DNA of 64,000 nucleotides from Plasmodiophora brassicae (Eukaryota): NCBI GenBank assembly GCA_036867785.1, contig CP145410.1, positions 1,550,001 to 1,614,000 of the forward strand, read 5' to 3'. Shown piece by piece: positions 58,121 to 64,000 of this stretch (position 1 is its first letter; each line of letters starts with the position of its first letter). The notes under the pieces were generated by a model. It saw only the letters and a program-made list of their open reading frames with translations, ran no database searches and was not told where the DNA came from. The position numbers and the translations under genes were made by a program.

Positions 58121-60198
58121 TCACGCGCCAAACTGCGTCAGCATCTTCTCCCGTTCCTCGTCCGTCTCGGGGTCGTGACGGACGAGGCGAACGCTGGGGT
58201 TCAACAGGCGAGCACGGGCGTCGATGCGATCGGACGACTGCACGTACCAGGCTCCGCCTGCACAGGAGACCTTGTAAATACCTCCAAAGCGGCCATCCGG
58301 AAGAACATGCAATTCACCTATTCTGATTTCACGCAGGCTTGTCAGGGACTCTGACAGAGACTCAACCGATCTGGACAGGCAAGCACAACGCGTTAAACTG
58401 CCGAATGACAGATCGAGCAATTCCGCCGGCGCGCACTTCACTGATATCTTTACCAGCGAGCCCAGGTTCAGCCGCGCGATCTTGCAGTTTGCAATCGTTC
58501 CGAGCGAGCACACCGAGCGATCATCCAGATCCGTGCACCCGGAAACGTCGAGGGCGGTTAACGCGGGGAATTTCGAAACAGCATCTGCACAGGTACACCA
58601 ATCAGAGCAGCGTACCCGACATGAGAAACTCCCCCAGTACCAGAGAGTAACGGGCGCTTCGTAACGTTTCGGCAGTTATGCATGTACAACGCCCTAGTCG
58701 ACCAGGTTAGTAATATCATCAGCAGCAACCTCGCAGGCCCCGGTACGCACGTCAGGAATTGGTGCGTTTCAGTAAACGCTGAAGCGTCCACTAAACTGGC
58801 AGAAATATCTGACGACGACCACGTGTTAAAAGCGCCTGCCACCAGCGACAGAGCGGCGCAGTGCATACCTAGAACTTCCAGCAGGCGGCAGGTCGAGAGA
58901 ACGCGGCGGACGACACCGGGTCCAATCGGGGCTGAGCGGGCCGAACGCAGATTGAGATACCTCAGCTTGCGGAACCGGCTCACGATATATAACGGCAGAT
59001 CTGCACGTCCGCCCAGGTCAGTTCGGTTAAGCAGCGCGCCCAGATCGCAACGCGAACCTGGCGCCGTGAAGTCGCAACGAGAAACGTCCAGGTACTGCAA
59101 TGCGTTCGCATCGAGGACGTTCACGTCTCCCGCAGAGATTCGGTTGCGGCTGACGTCCAGGATCTTCAGAGCGCATCCCGGTTCCGTCATCCGACGTAAC
59201 ACAGTCCCTGAGCCCGAGCAGGAATAGTAACAGTTCTCAACGTCAAGAGCCCTGATGGAAGGGCACGCTGGCAACTGTCGTGGAATGGGACGGCGCTGGC
59301 CGCGCTGCGTGTTCGCAGCGGCCAGGTATTCCAGGGCAGGAAACGAAACGCCTTCAAAGGTGGCCTCATCAAAACTGCATCCCGAGCAGTCCAAGCGCTT
59401 CAACGACGGGAACAGGTGCAGGAAATCGAGGACGAGGCAGGCGCAGTTCGTGATTGTCAGCGAGTGCACATGCGTCGCGTCCATGATGCCCAGGATCGAC
59501 CGGAATCGACGGTCTTGAACGGCGGGCGGCAGGGTCAGCACGTGGAAGCCGGCGGTGCGCAGGAACCTCGACTCCATGATGGCGTTGCGGAACGCGCGGC
59601 ACACGAGCGGAAGCGTCAGGACCACGTCGCCGAGATCGAGGAATCCGAACCCGCACTGGAGGACGTGATAGGGAAGCGCATCCAGCGAGCGTACCGCGAG
59701 GAACGCATCACCATCATCATCGGCGATGCAGCCACTGCTGGACGCCGACGGCGGACGTGTCGCACGACGACGCTTCACGGCGTCATCGTGTTTCCGACGT
59801 TTGTATTCGCGCGTGCAGAGGAAGCAGAACAGCATGTTGGCGGTGCGCTCGAGTTGCTGCTTCGTACGGGGGAACGCGGCCCGCATCCCGCACGACTGGC
59901 AGATCGACGGCGGGCCCAGCGCCTTCTCGAATTCCTGGCAGCGAACGCAGCTGGCGGCCGTGCCGAACGCGGCGTTCAGGCCGCAGAACTGGCATGGGTG
60001 CGGCGGGCCGGCGCGGCTCAGCGTATAGCACTGCCGGCAGACCGGGTTCGGCAATTCCGACGCAGCGCCCCGGTACTCGGCGCTGCAGAACGAGCAGTTG
60101 ACGCGCACGGATCGACGCAGGCAGGCGCGACACAGCGTCACGGACGGGGGCGCGCCCGGGTCGATCCGCGCCGTGCACCAGCGGCACGCGCGCCACAT
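58121..60198 (-). CDS. FAM76-like Cys-rich domain + F-box + leucine-rich repeats, multi-exon
   Basis: CSFCSAEY...CRQC...GPPHPCQFCGLNAAF...CVRC..EKALGPP..CQSCGMRAAF...LFCFLCTREYKR matches the FAM76A/B pattern. F-box LDALPYHVLQCGFGFLDLGDVVLTLPLVCRAFR is followed by LRRs (LKRLDCSGC, LKILDVSRN, LQYLDVSRC, LTALDVSGC). Confidence 0.8.
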
Positions 60199-60415
60199 CG
60201 CGCTGCGCCACGGACTCGCTGCATGAATACAGGCGCGTCAATTAGGGAGTGGACGTCGCCATGGAATCTGTAAACTACGGGTGCGGCCATGCTGCTTCCC
60301 GATTTCGGTTTCTCCATGGATCTTGTACTGATAATATTCGAATCTCTAATCGATGCACCGCATGTACAATATAAATACAATGCACGCGACGTGCCCCGGC
60401 CAGTCGTGGACGGGA

Positions 60416-63400
60416 TCAATCGACGATGCAGCTGTGGACAACGAGGCAGCAGAAGTCGATCGGCTGCATGGTCGCGCTCCAGAGAGGGACGTTACGATAT
60501 CCGAGCCGCATGCAGCTGAATGGCAGGGCGGCCTGAGCGACAAGACGATCCTCCTTGTACTTTTTCCTATCGAAGACCTGTACGAAACAGTTAGCAATGG
60601 AAACGGGTGCCCAGGTATGGGCGATGGACCTGGAACGCAAGCATGGCGCAATGCGGCCCGTTGATGCGAATCTGGAAGGATTCGTTCCAAGCTGGATTGA
60701 AACCGTTGCCGCAGACGACTGACGTGCGAAACTCTTTGCAATCGGCATCCAGGCCTCGAACGCAAATCTTGACGTAGGGGTCGACAACTTCAGCCTGAAT
60801 GTTCAGGCCCGGTTTCGGCAAGTGGAACGCGCCAATGACGGTCAAGCCAATGTGTGTGAAAACGTGCGCACGATCTTCGCTTTCACTAACGACTAGAGCA
60901 GGGTCAGGTTCGGCCGCCCCATTTGACCACACCTACCACAGGTTGAGTGCTCAGCGTTCGCTTTGGTTGGACCCACAGACGGTTTTCTGCTGTTCCGGTT
61001 TCAGAACGTAGCCGGACCGGTTATTCTCCAGGAACCGCCCATAGTTGAGCAGCATCGGCAGATCAAGGGTTTGGAAGTTGAGGGCGACCATCTGGCATCC
61101 GAGGTTCCACGCCGGAATTGGGGAGAACTGTGGGCGGCATCAGCGTGTCACCAAGGCACAGGGCAGTAGCGGAAATACGTTTGAAGAATCGACACGGAAC
61201 CGAGACGGGTAGACGCGGCTCAGGTTCTCGCTGTTATAGACAGCAAACCGGCCTGCCTGGCCGCTTTTGACAAGCTTGGCGACCTTCTTCTCACTGAAAC
61301 TCGTCATCTGACATGGGGCAGCACCTGTAAACGTCCATTAGAGCCGGAACGGGTTCGTTGGCTAATGCTTCTTACCACGAAGAGCATCAAACGACACGAA
61401 CTTGGAGGCCTTGAGCAACACCAGCGCGGCAAGTTCTGGCGCGATTCGTCCCGTTTGTTCATCTGATGGAGAGAACGCAGCTGGCACTGAAGCGTGACGT
61501 CGTACCGCAGGTGACACTGGGCGAGAGGACACGCTGCTGACCTACACGAGTCGTAAGCATGCAGGGCGATCGCAGATGTCGCCATGCGCAGCATTACAGG
61601 AGACAGCGGCACGGTATCGACCGAATTCAATGCCTCAATGGAGCTGCCGAAACTAGCTTCCGAGTCAAGCTTGCTCCTGTCACCGCTAATGTGCATTTTG
61701 GCCTTGACGACGATTTTGTTCAGTAGGGACTGTGGCGACGGCAGGGAGGCGAACTCGTCACCTGCAGCAGCATGACATGTCAGCGGGACACCCTCGATTC
61801 CAAGTGATACGGATACGACCAGTAGGTACCAGCAGGAGGTCTCCGAGAATCGTTGTCAGATGATGCGCCATTCGTCGCTGGTACGACAGGCTACAGTGGT
61901 TCTCGAAACTCAGGATAACAGGGTACGGCGATGTGGCAAACGCGTGCTCCTTGATGGCCTGGATGACGTCGCTGAATAGGACACGGGAAGTGAGCGTGAA
62001 GCCGTGGTAAACAATAGGCTCGCCTGTAACACGGCCATTACTAATGTGTTATCTTTCAAAGATATCACGGTTACCGTTCGGTCCATCCCAGCAGTCGATC
62101 TCGACGCAACGGCACCCATCCTTCAGGGCACGGATGTACATTTTTACAGAGCTGACGCCTTTGATTTGATCCGCTTCCAAATACGTGTTATGGGAGCTAT
62201 TGATGAAATAGTCGCACAGCGGCCGAGTCATGTCTTGGTACTACGTTAAGGCCACCAAGCAGCGGGGTCAGGTAATGAACTGTCATCCTGAATAGCGGAC
62301 GTAATTACAAGTCGCATTCTCGCTGGGTCGAATAGCGTGTTCCCGTCACCGGTCACGTACAGGACCAGCTCGTATATCCGGAGGGTCGGCGGATCGCGTC
62401 CGCCGTCCTTGGAAACAAACCTGGACAGCAGGTCGCTAGCCTCCGCCTCGTCGATCTCCATTCTCTGCGACGGTATTAGCGAACCGGCCACCGAAAGGAG
62501 CATACTAACGGGGGTACCTGCTCAATGCGAAGGAACGTCTGAAACTGTTTCGCATTCAGACGTAGCTTGGATTTCTCATCAAGCGACCCATATGGACGAA
62601 ATATGTCGAGGTACACGCTTGGGCTACTTCGCAACCTCAGCGACAGTCTCGTTATAGTGCTGAACGAAACGATCAGATGCAGAAGCGCTACGGAATGAGG
62701 ATCAATTGTTAACCTGAAGTCGATCAGGTCGTATCGGTTCACGTTTGCGCTCTCAAACTGTGCCTTGACCTCTTGCTTCGTGCAGGTTAGATTGAGATCC
62801 TTGAACAGGCGAGACACAGCCTCAGCATCAATGACGCCGCGCTCCCGAACACATGCCCGGTCCCAATGGCACCGCATCAACGACCTACGGCGCATCGGAT
62901 CAGGTCGGGGTATTACAAGCAGACCAGGCACGCTAGGACCTGTAAGGATCAATCTTGCGGCTCTTGCTGACTCTCGAGATCAGAAAGCGCAGTGCTCGGG
63001 CCCATATGATGAACTGCCGGTCCCTGAATTAATATCTCCAGCAACGCAGGACGCGACAATAGCCTGACCTGTTCACGAGATTCACAAACGATATCAAGGG
63101 TCTTGTGATCTGGTCCGTAAATGAGCGAGAACGACCGCCGCTTGATTTCCTTCGTGCGAGTCTTCGCGAATCGTTCAAAGACGGTCGTGTGCTGGCCAAC
63201 CTGCAGCCGGTGTACGTCGCTGCCGAAACCGGTGTCATTAGGCCTGACGAATAGGAAGCAAACCTCACATACACTACCTGAACGTGATCATTGAATCCTC
63301 CGATTTCTTCTTGCGCGACCGCCATTGCAGGAACGATCCCGTGGGGTCGACGTAGAAGAACCTGGGTGGTAGACCACGTCGACAAGGAAACAGGTATCGC

Positions 63401-63780
63401 CCGTAGCCGAAACGTACCGGTTGTGAGGTGGGCCTCGATGGCCATACTTGCTCAGTTCGGCGCCGCGTTGCACGATACGAAGACACGCGATTTGGTCGAG
63501 CTTCGCGATTTCCCCAGCAAGGCTCTGCCGAGCACGACGTAAGACACGGAGACGCTGGGCAAGCAGCCTTGCTCCCGTACATGGTCGTGGTGCTGCTGCA
63601 AACACAACTGCGACGACGCTCGATGATGCGGCGAATGCGCGCCTGCCGACACAGGTCATGAGGCAGGCGCCGACGGGATCGCTCCGCGTGTCACGACGAC
63701 GACGAACCGGGCGCCTGGGCGGACGTCGTCTCCTCAGCGGGCGGCCACGAGTGCCGACGTCGGGGCGGCCGGGCCGTCAT
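60416..63780 (-). CDS. Phosphoinositide-specific phospholipase C (PH, EF-hand, X, Y, C2), many exons; both ends approximate
   Basis: X box [23 protein letters not shown] and [10 protein letters not shown] box SRVYPS...[18 protein letters not shown] and GYVLKP. C2 domain DPYVKI...[11 protein letters not shown] and GYRNVPL. PH-like N-terminus [16 protein letters not shown]. Confidence 0.9.
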
Positions 63781-64000
63781 CCCACGACCATCACCAGCGT
63801 CGGCCCCGAGGCGACGATGCTCTCGCCAGCTACAACAGCCGACTGCCGACCCGAACCCGTCCCCCCACGCGGGGGCTAATTCCGTCGACCTGCGCCAACC
63901 ACAGTCGTCCACCACACGAGCTCATGAGAGAGGGCAACACCACCAAAAAACCACAGAAAAAGATCACATCCGTCAGTTGTCGTTTGTTGTCGCCCGGTTT

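Noticed and set aside
57900-58664. Possible spliced plus-strand gene between the flippase and the F-box gene
   Set aside because: The minus-strand frames here continue the LRRs of the F-box gene, which explains the region better.

Overview
GC-rich, gene-dense eukaryotic DNA with many short (~50-70 nt) GT-AG introns. The gene content (CFAP206, copine, PI4KA, PI-PLC, Zn2Cys6 protein) fits a flagellated protist. It resembles a plasmodiophorid such as Plasmodiophora brassicae, but that is inference, not a database result. The window opens in the 3' end of a chromodomain-bearing Ty3/gypsy retrotransposon, followed by about 22 mostly housekeeping genes. The standout feature is a ~7.2 kb island (43188-50370) between copine and nucleolin. 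It holds six intronless, strongly diverged paralogues encoding ~205-225 aa secreted helical proteins with shared motifs: [S/P]L[L/R]R just after the signal peptide, a central A-x-x-[C/S]L-x3-4-W-x2-M, and a C-terminal P-x-[G/D]-[VLI]-P-x-[S/T]-x-x-[F/Y]GR. They also share a candidate upstream DNA motif, and a perfect 112-bp inverted repeat lies at one of the array's strand switches. This is a candidate effector family. Unusual domain fusions also occur: a degenerate nucleotidyltransferase + LOTUS-like + U-box protein, a FAM76 zinc domain + F-box + LRR protein, and a double Zn2Cys6 + PAS-like protein. Boundaries of spliced genes were inferred by eye and are approximate.
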